DNA of 64,000 nucleotides, taken from positions 102,238,001 to 102,302,000 of the forward strand of contig OX597819.1 in the NCBI GenBank assembly GCA_951406725.2. Direction: 5' to 3'. Source of the stretch: Octopus vulgaris. Lineage: Eukaryota. Positions 43,468-59,266 of the stretch are shown one piece after another. The notes below the pieces were generated by a model, which saw nothing but the letters and a program-made list of their open reading frames with translations, did no database searches and had not been told where the DNA came from. How positions within the stretch are numbered: the stretch's first letter is position 1; each line of letters opens with the position of its first letter. A program made the translations under genes and the position numbers.

Positions 43468-43609
43468 GGCGCAGGATTGGTTGTGTGGTAAGAATCTTGC
43501 TTGCCACCCACATGGTTCTGTGTTCAGTCCCACTGCGTAGCATCTTGGGCACGTGTGTTCTGCTACAGTCTCGGAGTGTAATTGGTAGACAGCAACTGAA
43601 AGAAGCCCG

Positions 43610-43657
<48 letters not shown>

Positions 43658-44100
43658 AATAGTTTTGAATGGTACAACTATGCACTATAATACAAAAAAT
43701 GGGCTATATACCTGTTGAAATTTAGTGTATGGATAACTAAATTACAACAGGTATATATCCCACTGTTTGTATTATAGTACATTGTTGTACCATTCAAAAC
43801 ATTTTATTCTTTACAAACAATATACAATGCTTCAAGAGAACTACAATACTCTCACATATATATGTGTGTGTATATGTATGTATTTGTGTGTTTTTGTTTT
43901 TCCTCCTTCCATCACTTGATAACCGATGTTGGTGTGTTTACGGCTCCGTAATCTAGCTATTCAGCAAAAAGAATTCGATAGAAAAAGCACTGCGCTCACA
44001 AAGAATAAATCTTGGAGTGGATATGTTCCACTAAAGGCGGTAATCCTGCATAGCCGCAGTCAAATCACTGAAACAAATAAAAGAAAATGGAATAAGAGAA
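43468..44100 (+). mobile_element. SINE family B interrupted by a ~200-bp insertion in its central microsatellite
   Basis: 5' half at 43468-43615 (ggcgcaggattggttgtgtggtaag...actgaaagaagcccg) and 3' half at about 43885-44100. Confidence 0.8.
43662..43800. repeat. Long inverted repeat/foldback: 65-bp arms, 9-nt loop (MITE-like)
   Basis: The left arm 43662-43726 matches the reverse complement of 43736-43800 at 59/65 positions by manual alignment. Outer taaagaata/tattcttta pairing extends it. Confidence 0.9.
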
Positions 44101-44123
44101 TACATACACACATACATGCACAT

Positions 44124-44254
<131 letters not shown>

Positions 44255-44343
44255 CATATATACATATATATATACATACATATATATACATATATATATA
44301 TACATATATATATATACATACATATATATATACATACATATAC

Positions 44344-44375
<32 letters not shown>

Positions 44376-44378
44376 ATT

Positions 44379-44422
<44 letters not shown>

Positions 44423-44445
44423 TATATACATACATATATATATAC

Positions 44446-44476
<31 letters not shown>

Positions 44477-44491
44477 CTTACATATATATAC

Positions 44492-44530
<39 letters not shown>

Positions 44531-44559
44531 CATATATATATATACATACATATATATAT

Positions 44560-44619
<60 letters not shown>

Positions 44620-45643
44620 AGAGAGAGAGAGACACCTAAGTTCGTGCGTCTGTGTATGGCACCTATAAAAGGAGAAACACGTGTCCACAAATGTTCTCTA
44701 ACCTGAAGACAATAGGCTCATCCGTTTTTTAATGACATGCCAAAGTTGTTGACGTTTTATTCTTGGGATTATCTCCCCTGGTGGTAAAGTTGTGAACTTA
44801 GTTGCTATTTAGTATTTCGTACATCCTATGAAGGTTTAGATAACTTGAATTAAACAAGAGTTTCTATTGTATGGTACTTTATACACCTGTATTTTCTTGT
44901 TCATTTCTTGTTCATATACAAAATACTGGCCATTCTTAATGATTTATCTTGTCTCAGATGCTCCAGCAAGACCGCGATCTAATGACTGAAACATAATAAA
45001 ACATTTGTGTATGTGTGTGTGTGTGTGTGTACGCATGTATGTATATGTATCTACATGTACATAGATAAATATCTACAAGCACGTGTATATGTATGCGAAT
45101 ATATGCATATCTAGATACATCCACATATATCTAGTGTATAGGCGTGTGAGTTTGTGTGTGTGTGTGTATATACTTCATTTAGGTTAATTTCGAAGTCTTT
45201 AATTTAGGTTAATTATATGTTTAGATATACATATATATATATTTTATCCTTCGAAACGTTTAGTAGATGAAACTTAGCGACTATATATATATATTTCTTT
45301 TTGTTGTTCCTTGGTTTGTGTCTATATATGTCGATATATATATATATATATATATATATGTTTATATATATATATATAAACATATATATATATATATATA
45401 AACATATATATATAAACATATATATGTATATATATAAACATATATATGTATATATAAACATATATATGTATATATACATACATATGTATATATATACATA
45501 TATATATACATACATATATACATACATACATATATATACATACAAATATATACATACATATATATACATACAAATATATACATACATACATATATATGTA
45601 TATATATACATACATATATATATATATACATACATATATATAT

Positions 45644-45706
<63 letters not shown>

Positions 45707-45733
45707 TATATACATACATACATATATATACAT

Positions 45734-45767
<34 letters not shown>

Positions 45768-45773
<6 letters not shown>

Positions 45774-45885
45774 CAAACTGGGACAAGAACGCAAAACTTT
45801 TTGATGACGACACAAAAAACACGGACGGGACATTCGAAGCCTTCAATTTTCAGTCAAGAACCGGATCATCCACGCAATTTTGGCT
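45768..45885. mobile_element. Fragment of an unclassified interspersed repeat
   Basis: aaatacaaactgggacaagaacgcaaa matches, inverted, tttgcgttcttgtcccattttgtattt at about 42957-42983. Both copies abut (TA)n. Confidence 0.5.
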
Positions 45886-45910
45886 ATACATACATACATA
45901 CATACATACA

Positions 45911-45946
<36 letters not shown>

Positions 45947-46099
45947 TACACACTCAAACACGTATATACATATAAATACACTCATATATGTACTTTGATA
46001 CTTTGATAGGTTTGGGCCAGTATTGGCACCGGCCACGTCTAACTTAATGGCACCAACTGGCATAGATATATTCATATAAATACATTTTTACATATATCG

Positions 46100-46295
46100 C
46101 GTGCGTATCGTTGGCGATTTTCTTTCTCCGTCTTCATTTGTTTGGACTTTTTCAATATTTCTGATGAAGAGCTCTGCTCGAAACGTGAAATCCTCTTTTT
46201 TCTGTCTTTCCTTTCCTGAGCGTCCAATAACACAGTGCTTGTACCCCGACCTCGCGTTGTTGTTTTTACTTGCTTGTTCTTGTTTGGATTGACTA
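46100..46295 (+). mobile_element. Family C short repeat carrying a minimal hammerhead-like motif (Penelope-like element derivative)
   Basis: Homologous to 47630-47808 and 54811-55022. Contains CTGATGA-A-GAGC-tct-GCTC-GAAACGTG. Confidence 0.7.
46157..46191 (+). ncRNA. Minimal type I hammerhead-ribozyme-like motif
   Basis: Stem I AUUU/AAAU, core CUGAUGA (46161-46167), stem II GAGC/GCUC, GAAA, and palindromic ACGU in place of stem III. The cleavage triplet is GUG, which is non-permissive in canonical hammerheads. Confidence 0.55.
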
Positions 46296-46735
46296 TATAT
46301 ATATATATATATATATATTGTAGATATACATGTGTATATATACACTGTAGATGTATTTTCTATTAACAACACCCAACTCAACATCACATCACACTCGAAG
46401 TGCATTGAGTGGAAAATGAACACTCCCTGGAGGACTCGAAGATCCACTGTTCAATCTTTAATTCTCGGCTTGTCGTGCTCCCCATTATAACTCTACTTAG
46501 ATCGAAGCTGACCATATGCGTGTGTGTGCATTTGTGTGTGTTAGTCTATGCGTGAAAGGATGCGTGATCGTGCGCACTCGCGCCCACGTCCGCGCGTGTG
46601 TTTTGGTTCAAGATGTTGACACTTGGCCCTGACGATTAATTTTTGAAAAAAAAATTCAGCAGCAGGAGCTGCAGTGCATACATACATGCAATCGCACACC
46701 TACACACGCAATTGTAAACCCATCAATGTATGCAC

Positions 46736-46774
<39 letters not shown>

Positions 46775-46847
46775 GTCTGTCTTTCTGAGTTCGTTTCTGT
46801 GTGTTTGTGCGTGTCTTTCTCATTGTCTTATGTATAAATATGAAATA

Positions 46848-46910
<63 letters not shown>

Positions 46911-46947
46911 GCATATATATATATATACACACACATATATATATATG

Positions 46948-47002
<55 letters not shown>

Positions 47003-47514
47003 GTGTCGGTATGTGTAACTCTCTGTACAAGTGTGATTGTGTATGTATGTAGAGGTGCAATCTAACTGAAAGTATAGACTATTCGCTTTTCCATTTTGTT
47101 GTGATGCGGATTCATTTCAGCTGCTTGAAATTTCGGAAACTGTCCTGTAGCCCGTCCGATCATTTATTAGTACCTTTTCTATCATAAACGAACCTTGCCA
47201 TTGCGCGACACATTAATTCTACCTGTCGGCTACATCAGGGGCACACGGTTCTCAGTTATTTCAAGAAACTGGGGGTAGATTACATGATCAAAGAAGAGAA
47301 TATAATACGTAGAAAAACGCCTGTCCAATTTTATATTCACGTTGTTCATTGTCAGTATAGCATTGTTTGTCAAGCTTTCATTAACCCAATCTGTCGAGCC
47401 AAATCCAAGTGCATATGCTCCGCTAAAGGGCCTAAGAGAATCGTGTTCGCTCCTTTACGCAGTTGGCTATAAAATAAGCCTTACTATTTGAGTCAATGCT
47501 CTATCTATCTGACA

Positions 47515-47579
<65 letters not shown>

Positions 47580-47629
47580 GTCTGTCTGTCTGTCTGGCTC
47601 TCTGTCTCTCTGTCTATCTATATATATTT

Positions 47630-47802
47630 TTTTCCTCTGTCTTCCCTTCTCGGGATCTTTCCTTCTCCTTTGTTTCCGACGAAGAGCTCCGCTCGAAACG
47701 TTAAACCCTCCTTCTTCCCTTCTTCCCGAGCGTCCAATAATACTTTATTTGTTACACGTCATCGCGTTGCAGTTTTTTTTTTTTGTGTTTTCTTGTTTGC
47801 AT

Positions 47803-47808
<6 letters not shown>
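47630..47808 (+). mobile_element. Family C repeat with hammerhead-like motif at 47672-47706
   Basis: GUUU-CCGACGA-A-GAGC-ucc-GCUC-GAAACGUU-AAAC, with flanks (gagcgtccaataa, tcgcgttg) shared with the other copies. Confidence 0.75.
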
Positions 47809-47855
<47 letters not shown>

Positions 47856-47958
47856 CGGTGCCCCAGCATGGCCACAGCTCATTAGCTGAAACTGGAAAAT
47901 TCAAATTCAAATTCAAAATTCATATATACACACACACATATATATATAAATATATATA

Positions 47959-48022
<64 letters not shown>

Positions 48023-48160
48023 TATATACGACGAGCTACTTTCATTTTCCCTTTAAGAAATCCACTCCAAAGGCTCTTGTCAGCCTGAGGATATAATACA
48101 GGACACTTGCCCAAAATCTCATGCAGTGGGACGGAACTCGGAAACATGTGGTTTTTATAT

Positions 48161-48354
<194 letters not shown>

Positions 48355-48399
48355 ATATAGATATTTTATCGCTTTTTCTCTCAGCCTCTTTTTCCGGTC

Positions 48400-48570
48400 G
48401 TCATTTCGTCATGTTCAACCGTTCTTCCTCCATTTTGTTCCTCTCAATGGATTCTATCTAAGAGCATAGGCTCGAAACGTCAAGACCTTTCCATTCTCTT
48501 CGTGCGTCAAGCTAATACAGCAGTATGTTGTCCCTTCACCTGTCATTTATTTTCTGTAAATTCGAACTAT
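48400..48570 (+). mobile_element. Diverged family C relative
   Basis: aGAGC-atag-GCTC-GAAACGTC at 48461-48481, followed by gcgtcaagctaatac. The CUGANGA box is decayed. Confidence 0.5.
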
Positions 48571-48595
48571 ACATACATAAATATATTTGTGTGTG

Positions 48596-48685
<90 letters not shown>

Positions 48686-48858
48686 ACATACATGTATAGC
48701 TATATAACAAAAATATATGCTTATATAAATATACACATAAATATGTATAATATACACACGTGCAAACATGTAACTGAATATATATATATATGGAAACCTA
48801 TTTAGATACATATGTGTACCTACATACAAACATGCATAAACACTCGCTCACACATAAT

Positions 48859-48893
<35 letters not shown>

Positions 48894-49196
48894 ATATACG
48901 AGTGTAGAGACTGCTAGTTAGAGGCAGGCAGACAGACAGAAAGATAGGTAGATACATACATGCATACATACATACATACATACATACATACATGTATGCA
49001 TACATACATACATACATACATGCTTACATACATGCATACATAGAAATATGCATCTCTATCTCCAAGTTATTACTGTGCATACACATGGATTTCAGTGTAT
49101 GGGCGTTAAACTGTATGTTTGTACGCATTCATGTACACAAAATCTTTCTCAATCAGTCCCTCTTTCTCTTTCTCTCTCTCTCTCTCTCTTTCTCTG

Positions 49197-49241
<45 letters not shown>

Positions 49242-49376
49242 GCCTGTTTCTCTCTGTCACGTCTCAGACTCTCAGTATATATCCATCTGTAAGTTTGCAA
49301 TCGTGTGTGTGTGATTGTATCGGTGTGTCCAAACATCTGCTTATTTCTGCTCTAGCAATGATTTAATTTTACACAC

Positions 49377-49427
<51 letters not shown>

Positions 49428-49710
49428 TACATAAACACAAACACATAAACATACATATACACGAACGGACGACCACGCACGCATATATACATAAATATTT
49501 ACACACACACCCAAGCACGCACACACACACATTCACACACACATATATATATTGCCGAACAACTAGTTTACGGGCACGTAACCTCTCCAGTTCTGGTTGC
49601 CCAGTAGTGATGGGGAGGACAAATACATCGACACACACACATCACACACGTACGTGTGCTCGCAAGAACGTATGTGCAGGTGTGTGCGTGTGTGTGTGTG
49701 TGTGTGTGCA

Positions 49711-49742
<32 letters not shown>

Positions 49743-49779
49743 TGTGTGTGTATGTGTGCATGTAAATATATTTTTACGT

Positions 49780-49940
49780 CGGCCTTCTTTTAGTTTCTCG
49801 TTACTAAAACCACTCAGAAGGTTTTAGTCGGCCCGAGGTTATATGAGAAGACGCTTCAGCTAGATGGAATGCAGCGGAATGGAACCCGAAACAATGTGCT
49901 TGAGAAGAAATCTTCTTGCAACACTTTCACACCTACTTCT
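49780..49940 (-). mobile_element. Decayed 5' half of SINE family B
   Basis: cttcttttagtttc...ccactcagaagg...gtcggcccgagg...gaagac...gaacccgaaacaatgtg. Confidence 0.65.
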
Positions 49941-50062
49941 ATAAAAAAAATCATATGTGTCAGTTAGAATGCGTGATTGTATTTAATACATATATACAGA
50001 CACACACACACAGATGCACACACACACACGTACATATACATATATATATGTACATCTAAATA

Positions 50063-50126
<64 letters not shown>

Positions 50127-50269
50127 TACATATACATATATGTATATACATACATATACATATATATATATATATACATACATATATATATATATATACA
50201 CATACATATATATATATATAGACATATATATATATACATATACATATATACACATGCATACATATACAT

Positions 50270-50357
<88 letters not shown>

Positions 50358-50603
50358 AAATAAGGATTCAGATAGAATCAGGTATTTGAAAATATATGCA
50401 CCAGGCAAGGTTGCATCTTTATTCATCGTTTGTTATTATTCATTTCAGTATATATATATATATATATGTTTGTGTGTATGTGTCTGTATGTTTGAGATTG
50501 TGTGTGTGTGTGTAAATGGGTGCGTTTGCTTACAATTGTACAGATAATTATAAATATATATACACATATATACATATACATATGTATATTTATATATATG
50601 TAC

Positions 50604-50636
<33 letters not shown>

Positions 50637-50738
50637 TATATATATATATAATCATAATAAGCTACAATATATACATATATATACATATATATTTGTATAT
50701 GGGCGTGTGTATGTGTATTATACATTTGTGTTTTTACG

Positions 50739-50771
<33 letters not shown>

Positions 50772-51092
50772 ACATATGTATGTATAAACCTGTGTTTATA
50801 TTTACGTCGTGTCTCATTATTCCATAAAACTTAGCGTTTCGACAAAAAGAATGTTAAAATAAGCGCTGCGTTCAAAGATGGAAAGATCGATATGAAGGCG
50901 GGGCCTGAGTATTGGCACATCCCGTTGTCTGCTGTAATATCTGTTTCCGACGCTCAATATAAATATATGAATATGAATAAACAATATTCATTCGCACACG
51001 CATGCTCACACCTATACATACATGTAAATGTGCATCTTTGTAAGTGTATATATAAATCTATCTCTCTAGCTATGTATATATATATATGTGTG

Positions 51093-51163
<71 letters not shown>

Positions 51164-51268
51164 GTGTGTCCCCAATTACCTACACACATGCAGAGAAAGT
51201 AAAAGAGAGAGAGAAAGAGAGAAAGTGGAATAAATGTTAGTATTAGAACTCATGAGGCTTATATGAGA

Positions 51269-51370
<102 letters not shown>

Positions 51371-51479
51371 ATTTGTTTGTATGTGTGGTTGTGTGTTTGT
51401 TCGTGAGCATGCGTAGTCTGTATGTTTCATAGGATGATAGATCGATGGATAGATATTTTGATAGCGAGAATGAATCTTA

Positions 51480-51920
<441 letters not shown>

Positions 51921-52294
51921 CCTTTCGCTTTTTAAATGACCGTAAGTGATAACAGTGGCTGAAACGCTGGGAGTTTTTTTTGCGTGCCATACAGGAAGCT
52001 ATCGGTACTTGAGTCACTTTTGCAACACTCACTCGATTAGAAAAAAAAAATCAAAATATATATATCATTATATGTACATACGACTGTGTATGCGTGTGCG
52101 CGCGAACTCTGTTATGTCTCATTGAATGTATTTTGTATGTGTAAGTATATGCATCTACGTGTGTACACGTGCTCGTCGGTTTATATATTGTCAGTGAGCT
52201 GGTGATGCTATGAGTTAATGTATATAAATGTTTGTATATGGATGCGAGTACACGTCTGCCTTTTAAGGTGCGTGTGCGATTTTTTGCATCTTCA

Positions 52295-52540
52295 GGCATG
52301 GCGTGGCTGTATGGTATGTAGCTTGCTTACCAGCCACATGGTTCTCGGTTCAGTCCCACTGCGCGAAAACCTTGTCAAGGGTCTTCTACTCTAGCCTCGG
52401 GCAGGTGAGTGGATTTGGTTGACGGAAACTGCAAGAAGCCCGCCGTATATATATATATGTATGTGTTTGCCCCCCACCCAACATCACTTCACAACCGATG
52501 CCGGTGCGTTTACATCCCGTAACTTAGCGGTTCGGCAAAA
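52295..52540 (+). mobile_element. SINE family B, 3'-truncated
   Basis: ggcgtggctgtatggta...ggttcagtcccactgcg...gacggaaactgcaagaagcccg...gtaacttagcggttcggcaaaa. Confidence 0.85.
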
Positions 52541-52568
52541 TTCTATATAAATAATTGTATTCATACAT

Positions 52569-52626
<58 letters not shown>

Positions 52627-52715
52627 AGATGTATATATACGCACATATATGTATATATATATACATATACATATATATATATATAGATAGATAGATAGAT
52701 ATCGATATATATATT

Positions 52716-52768
<53 letters not shown>

Positions 52769-52808
52769 ATATATATATTAAAAAATCTTGCACAACAAAT
52801 ATTTAAGC

Positions 52809-52898
<90 letters not shown>

Positions 52899-52958
52899 AT
52901 ATATATATATATATACATACCTATATCTATATCTATATGCATATATATATACAATATG

Positions 52959-52995
<37 letters not shown>

Positions 52996-53281
52996 GTTTA
53001 GAGAGAGAGAGAAGTTCATATTGCTATAATTCTCTCTCTTTCACTCTCTCTTATAACACACACACACACATATCCTCTTATCGTTTTATACATTTCAACA
53101 CTAATCCTGTGCCAAGCTGGAGCACTGCCAGTGTGAGTACCGTCTCAATGGCTAAACTTATATAAGTATTTATATATACATATATATCAATGTATATACG
53201 GTTGCTAATATTTCTTATACATATATGCCTGCCTCTTTGTACGTACAAATATATACGTGTGTTAATTTATGTGCATATATA

Positions 53282-53410
53282 TGGGCTTCATTCAGTTTCC
53301 ATCTACCAAATCCACTCAGATTGCATTAGCCGACCCGACGCTGTAGCACAACATATTTGCCCTAGGTGCCATGCAATCGGATTGAACCCGGAAGTATGTC
53401 ATTGGAAAGT
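53282..53410 (-). mobile_element. SINE family B 5' half, minus strand
   Basis: gggcttcattcagtttccatctaccaaatccactca...ttgccctaggtgccatgca...ttgaacccgg. Confidence 0.75.
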
Positions 53411-53416
53411 GAACCT

Positions 53417-53560
53417 TAGGTCGGCTTTGCCTTTCATCCTTTTGGAGTCGATAAATAAAGTATCATTTACGCACTGGGGTCGATGTAATCGACTTAATCC
53501 CTTTGTCTGTCTTTGTTTTTCCCCTCTATGTTTAGCCCCTTGTGGGCAATAAAGAAATAT
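53417..53560 (+). mobile_element. SINE family A body, tail type 1
   Basis: aggtcggctttgcctttcatccttttggagtcgataaa...cactggggtcgatgtaatcgacttaatccc...tttagccccttgtgggcaataaagaaat. Confidence 0.85.
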
Positions 53561-53906
53561 ACAAGACAGCCTTATTGATACAAACATGTCGGCACGTATG
53601 TATGTATGTATGTATGTATGTATGTATGCATGCATGTATGTATGTATGTATGTATGTATGTATGTATGTATGTATGTATGTATGTGATATGTATGTATGT
53701 ACGAAATCCACTCATAACGCTTTCAACGGACCGTATACAAAAAAAAAAGAAAGTGCCCAAGTTGCTATATAGTGGGAATGAACCTGAAACAACATGGTTC
53801 TGAATCGAACTTCTTACCACACAGCCATGACTACTGATATTTATGCATCCCTCTCTCTCTCTCTCATTTTCACTCTCTCCTTCCTTGTATCTGTCTTGGT
53901 CTCTCT

Positions 53907-53943
<37 letters not shown>

Positions 53944-53954
53944 ATCTCTCTCTA

Positions 53955-54000
<46 letters not shown>

Positions 54001-54200
54001 TATTATTATTATTAAAGCTGCAAAAATATCAGGAAAATTATATCAGTAAAGTGCTACTCAGAGTTTCACACTCCCGTTCGCCGTGCAGTTGTGATCCAGA
54101 TTGGATCTTGTACATATATCCATACATAAACATGCATATGATCATACATATTTATGTTGTGATCCACAATGTATCATATATACATAAAAATACATATGTA

Positions 54201-54398
54201 TTATTTTACTTGTTTCAGTCATTTGACTGCTGTCATGCTGGAGCACCACTTTTAGTCGAACAAATCCACCCCAGGAATTATTTTTTGTAAGCCTAGAACT
54301 TATTCCATCGGCCTCTTTTGCCAAACTATTAAGTTTCGTGGGCGTAAACACATCAAAATCGGTTGTCAAATGATGTCGACACAAATATACTTACATTT

Positions 54399-54484
<86 letters not shown>

Positions 54485-54640
54485 GTGTATTAACGACGGA
54501 CATGTTTGACTTTCCGCCTACCAAATTCGCTCACAAACTTTGGTCGGTCCGGGGCAATACGTAAGTTAGCTGTACAACGTGCCATACAGAGGGACTGAAC
54601 ACGTAACCATGGGGTTGGGAAGCAAGCGTCTTATCACACA
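54201..54640 (-). mobile_element. SINE family B, minus strand, with a central (TG)n expansion
   Basis: The 3' half (54201-54390) and 5' half (54492-54640) are separated by (TG)n. Confidence 0.8.
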
Positions 54641-54645
54641 TACAA

Positions 54646-55022
<377 letters not shown>

Positions 55023-55112
55023 AATATATATCTGTATATATATACACATACATACATACATACATACAAACATACATACATACATATATATATATATACA
55101 CACATATATATA

Positions 55113-55280
55113 GGCACAGGAGAGACTGTGTCGTAAGAAGATTGCTTACCAAATATATGGCGCCGAGTTTAGTCCCAATGCGTGATACCTTGAGCAAGTG
55201 TCTTCTACTGTAGCCTCGGGCCGAACTAAGCCTTGTGAGTGGATTTGGTAGACGGAAACTGAAAGATGCCCGTCGTTTAT
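55113..55280 (+). mobile_element. SINE family B 5' half; a 3'-half piece lies at about 55690-55825
   Basis: accttgagcaagtgtcttctactgtagcctcgggccg...gccttgtgagtggatttggtagacggaaactgaaag. Confidence 0.85.
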
Positions 55281-55645
55281 ATGTCATTGCTCTAATGCAA
55301 AAATGTCGTAAGTCCAAAACGTTGCTTTTTTCAAAAAACGAAAAAAATATTTTCAGCATTCCCATTTCTTTTTACATTAGCAACAGTTTCAGCTTAACAA
55401 TAATACTTTGTTGGGTGCATAAAATCGTAACATCATGCATGTAGTGTATTTTCAATCAGAAATATCTTTGCATGACTGTAGTATTTGGGACTCACTGCAC
55501 TTTTGAAGAATGGGAAATTGGAGATACGATAGTTTGAACGAAAGAGCAGTCTATTGAAAAAAAATGCATTTGGCAAAATTTAGACATATTTCAGTTTTAT
55601 ATAATAGCAACGATTTATATTTTTTCTCTGTGTGTGTATGCGTGC

Positions 55646-55685
<40 letters not shown>

Positions 55686-56024
55686 TTGTGTGTCTATGTT
55701 TGTTCCACCACCACCACCACCTTCGCTTGACAGCCTATGTTGGTGCGTTTATGTTCCCGCAAATTAGCTGCACGGCAAAAAAAAAATCGATAGAATAAGT
55801 ACTCGACTAAAGGCGGAGATCCAGTAAAAAAATAATTAAAAAATGATATATATATTTATATATATTTATCATATAATTACGTAAATGTCAAAACTTGCAC
55901 TGAAGATGCACAGAGGACGAAACGGAAAAGTCATGCACTAAACATGGAAAGCTCTTTCCTCATGTTATCGTTCAAATATACAGTTTATACCTCAACCCTA
56001 TATGTATGTGTGTGCTTGTGGTAA

Positions 56025-56395
56025 GGCGGCGAGCTGGCAGAAACGTTAGCACGCCGGGCGAAATGCCTAGCCGTATTCCGTCTGCCGTTACGTTCTGAGT
56101 TCAAATTCTGCCAAGGTCGACTTTACCTTTCATCTTTTCGCTAATTACGCACTGGGTCGATGTAATCGACTTAATACCTATGTATGTCCTTGTTTGAACC
56201 CTCTATGTTTAGCCCCTTGTGGGTAAAAAAGAAATAAGTAAATGTGTGCGTCGACTTTGCCTTTCATCCTTTCGTGGTCGATAAATTAAGCACCAGTTAC
56301 GCCCTGGGGTCGATATAATCGACTTAATCTGTTTGTCTGTCCTTGTTTGTTTCATTTGTGTTTAGCCCCTTGTGTGTAGTAAAGAAATAGGTATG
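56025..56395 (+). mobile_element. SINE family A, head plus duplicated body (tail type 1)
   Basis: Head ggcggcgagctggcagaaacgttagcacgccgggcgaaatgc. The body and tail occur twice, ending at about 56238 and about 56392. Confidence 0.9.
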
Positions 56396-56424
56396 TGTCT
56401 GTCTTAGATGTATACAAGCGTGAC

Positions 56425-56550
56425 AGTATGATTGCTTCCCTACCACATGGTTCTGGGTTCAATGCCACCACGTGACATCTTAGGCAAGAGTCTTCTATAA
56501 ACTTGAGCAAACCAAAGTGATCTTAGCGGATTTTATACGAATCCCGTTGC
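56425..56550 (+). mobile_element. Decayed SINE family B 5' half
   Basis: ttgcttccctaccacatggttctgggttcaatgccaccacgtgacatcttaggcaagagtcttct. Confidence 0.65.
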
Positions 56551-57135
56551 GTGAGTGTATAAATATGTGTTTGCGTGTGCGTGTGTGTGTGTGTTTGTGT
56601 GTATGTATGTGTACATGCATGTGTGTGTGTGTGTGTACATGTGTGTGTTCGCGTGAGTGTTTTTATGTGTATGATTCTTTTAAACATTACTTTTTGCATG
56701 TTCCAGTGACTGCCATATTGTCTTGTGGAACTACCTAGAAGGATACAGATGGACCGAATTACTTGCATTCTTTCTCTTTATCTTAATATTTTTCGTGGGT
56801 GCTTTTGCCGAACCTCTAGATTACTGGGATCTGCATACCAGCTCCCACGAAGTGCATTTACAAAAGCGCAAGAACAAATGATAACACATAAACACACACC
56901 CACACAAGCACAACCCTCACCGACACACAAACGCACACACACACACACACACACTCACTCACTCCTAATCTCAAATACACGACTTTTGGGATTGGTCGAA
57001 TCGAAGTTATAGTGGAAGACACTTTCTCGATGTGCCATACTAAGGGACTGGCTCCAATAACACGTGCTTTCGAAGTGAGTTTCTCAAACAGACATTCAAA
57101 ATGTATATACATAGCTACAAAAATACTTACACACC

Positions 57136-57190
<55 letters not shown>

Positions 57191-57217
57191 GGGGGGTATA
57201 TATAGTCTCTCTACTCA

Positions 57218-57475
57218 CTTTTACTTGTTTCAGTCATTTGACAGCGGCCATGTTGATGCACCGCCTTTAGTTTGGGGGACCAACACAGACACAAAAACAT
57301 AGACACACACATATAAATATATATACGCATATACGACGGGCTTCTTTCAGTTTCCCTCTACCAAATCCCGAGGCTACAGTAGAAGACACTTGCCCTAGGT
57401 GCCAGGCAGTGGGAATAAACCCGGAACCATGTGGTTGGTACGCTTGCTACTTACCACACAGCCACTCCTGCACCT
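57218..57475 (-). mobile_element. SINE family B, minus strand, internally deleted
   Basis: ttttacttgtttcagtcatttgac ... acgacgggcttctttcagtttcc ... agtagaagacacttgccc ... ttaccacacagccactcctgcacc. Confidence 0.9.
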
Positions 57476-57484
57476 ATACATACC

Positions 57485-57532
<48 letters not shown>

Positions 57533-57652
57533 AGCAAACTCAAATACACACGTATAAATATATATATAGATATATATGTGTATGTAGGTATATATATATA
57601 TATATATATATGTGTATGTATGTATGTATATATATATATATATGTATGTAGG

Positions 57653-57685
<33 letters not shown>

Positions 57686-57704
57686 ATGTAGGTATATATA
57701 TATA

Positions 57705-57753
<49 letters not shown>

Positions 57754-58177
57754 ACATATACTTAATATATACACATACGTAAATACATATAACACATATA
57801 GTATATATATTTATAGAACTGCATATAGTTATCACTACGCCTCCATATACTCTACATCCTTTACTAGTTACAGCGCGAGTTCTGCGTCCATACTGGTGCA
57901 CAGCCGTTTGTATGCGTTTCGATAAATTTTGTAACCCACAATTCACTACAAAACTGTCTCAACAGTCTTATACGCTTTTTCCTAGATAAAAATGTATAAA
58001 CAGTTGTGTGCTAAACACGTTAACACATACAGTTCTACGTGTACAGCTACCATTACTCATGCGCGCACACACGCACTATCAACAACCCATATAGACAAAC
58101 ATATATATGTAATGTCACACGAAATCTTAAACACGCAGATGCATAACATCATACACAGAAAAATAATGTACACAGAC

Positions 58178-58250
<73 letters not shown>

Positions 58251-58416
58251 TCATGCAGCGAGAGATGCGGGAGTATATTTTCGTGTGCGCGCGTGTATGT
58301 ATTGTGAGCATGCAGCAATAAACAATTACACGATCGCACACACAATATCACACATAAACACGCACGCACAAGCAAATACACAAGCAACAGACACACACAC
58401 ACACGTACACACACAT

Positions 58417-58479
<63 letters not shown>

Positions 58480-58487
58480 TATATATA

Positions 58488-58642
58488 GGCGGAAGAGTTG
58501 TTATATTGTACGAAGTTTGCTTCCCAACCACATGGTTCCGGGTTCAGTCCCACTGCGTGACACCCTGGGCAAGTGTCTTCCACCATAGCCTTGTGAGAGG
58601 ATTTGGTAGACGGAAACAGAAAGTAACCCGTCCCATGTAAAT

Positions 58643-58709
<67 letters not shown>

Positions 58710-58732
58710 ATGTATATATATATGTATGTATG

Positions 58733-58764
<32 letters not shown>

Positions 58765-58987
58765 TGTATTATGTATGTATGTATGTATGTATGTAGGTAG
58801 GTAGGTAGGTATGTGTTTGTGTGCCAGAGTTTGTGTGCCCACTACTGCTTGACAACCGATGTTGGTGTGATTACGTTCCCGTAATGTAGCGGTTCGGCAA
58901 AACAGACCGATCGATTTGTTCAACTCTAGGCGGCGCTCAAGCATAGCCGAAGTCAAATGACTGAAACAAGTAAAAGAATAAAAGAGT
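58488..58987 (+). mobile_element. SINE family B with expanded internal microsatellite
   Basis: Head and CORE-like part at 58488-58632, a microsatellite, then the 3' half at 58825-58987. Confidence 0.9.
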
Positions 58988-59057
58988 ATATATGCATACA
59001 AGCACACACATGAAAAAATATATATATATGTGTGTGTGTATACATGTTATATATATG

Positions 59058-59115
<58 letters not shown>

Positions 59116-59128
59116 TATAACATGTATT

Positions 59129-59190
<62 letters not shown>

Positions 59191-59235
59191 TATGTACATG
59201 TATATGTAATATATATACACATATATATATATGTA

Positions 59236-59266
<31 letters not shown>

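Noticed and set aside
55896-55937. CUGAAGA...GAAAC...GUC hammerhead-like string
   Set aside because: Stem II does not pair and stem I needs a bulge at the cleavage site; at best a decayed relic.
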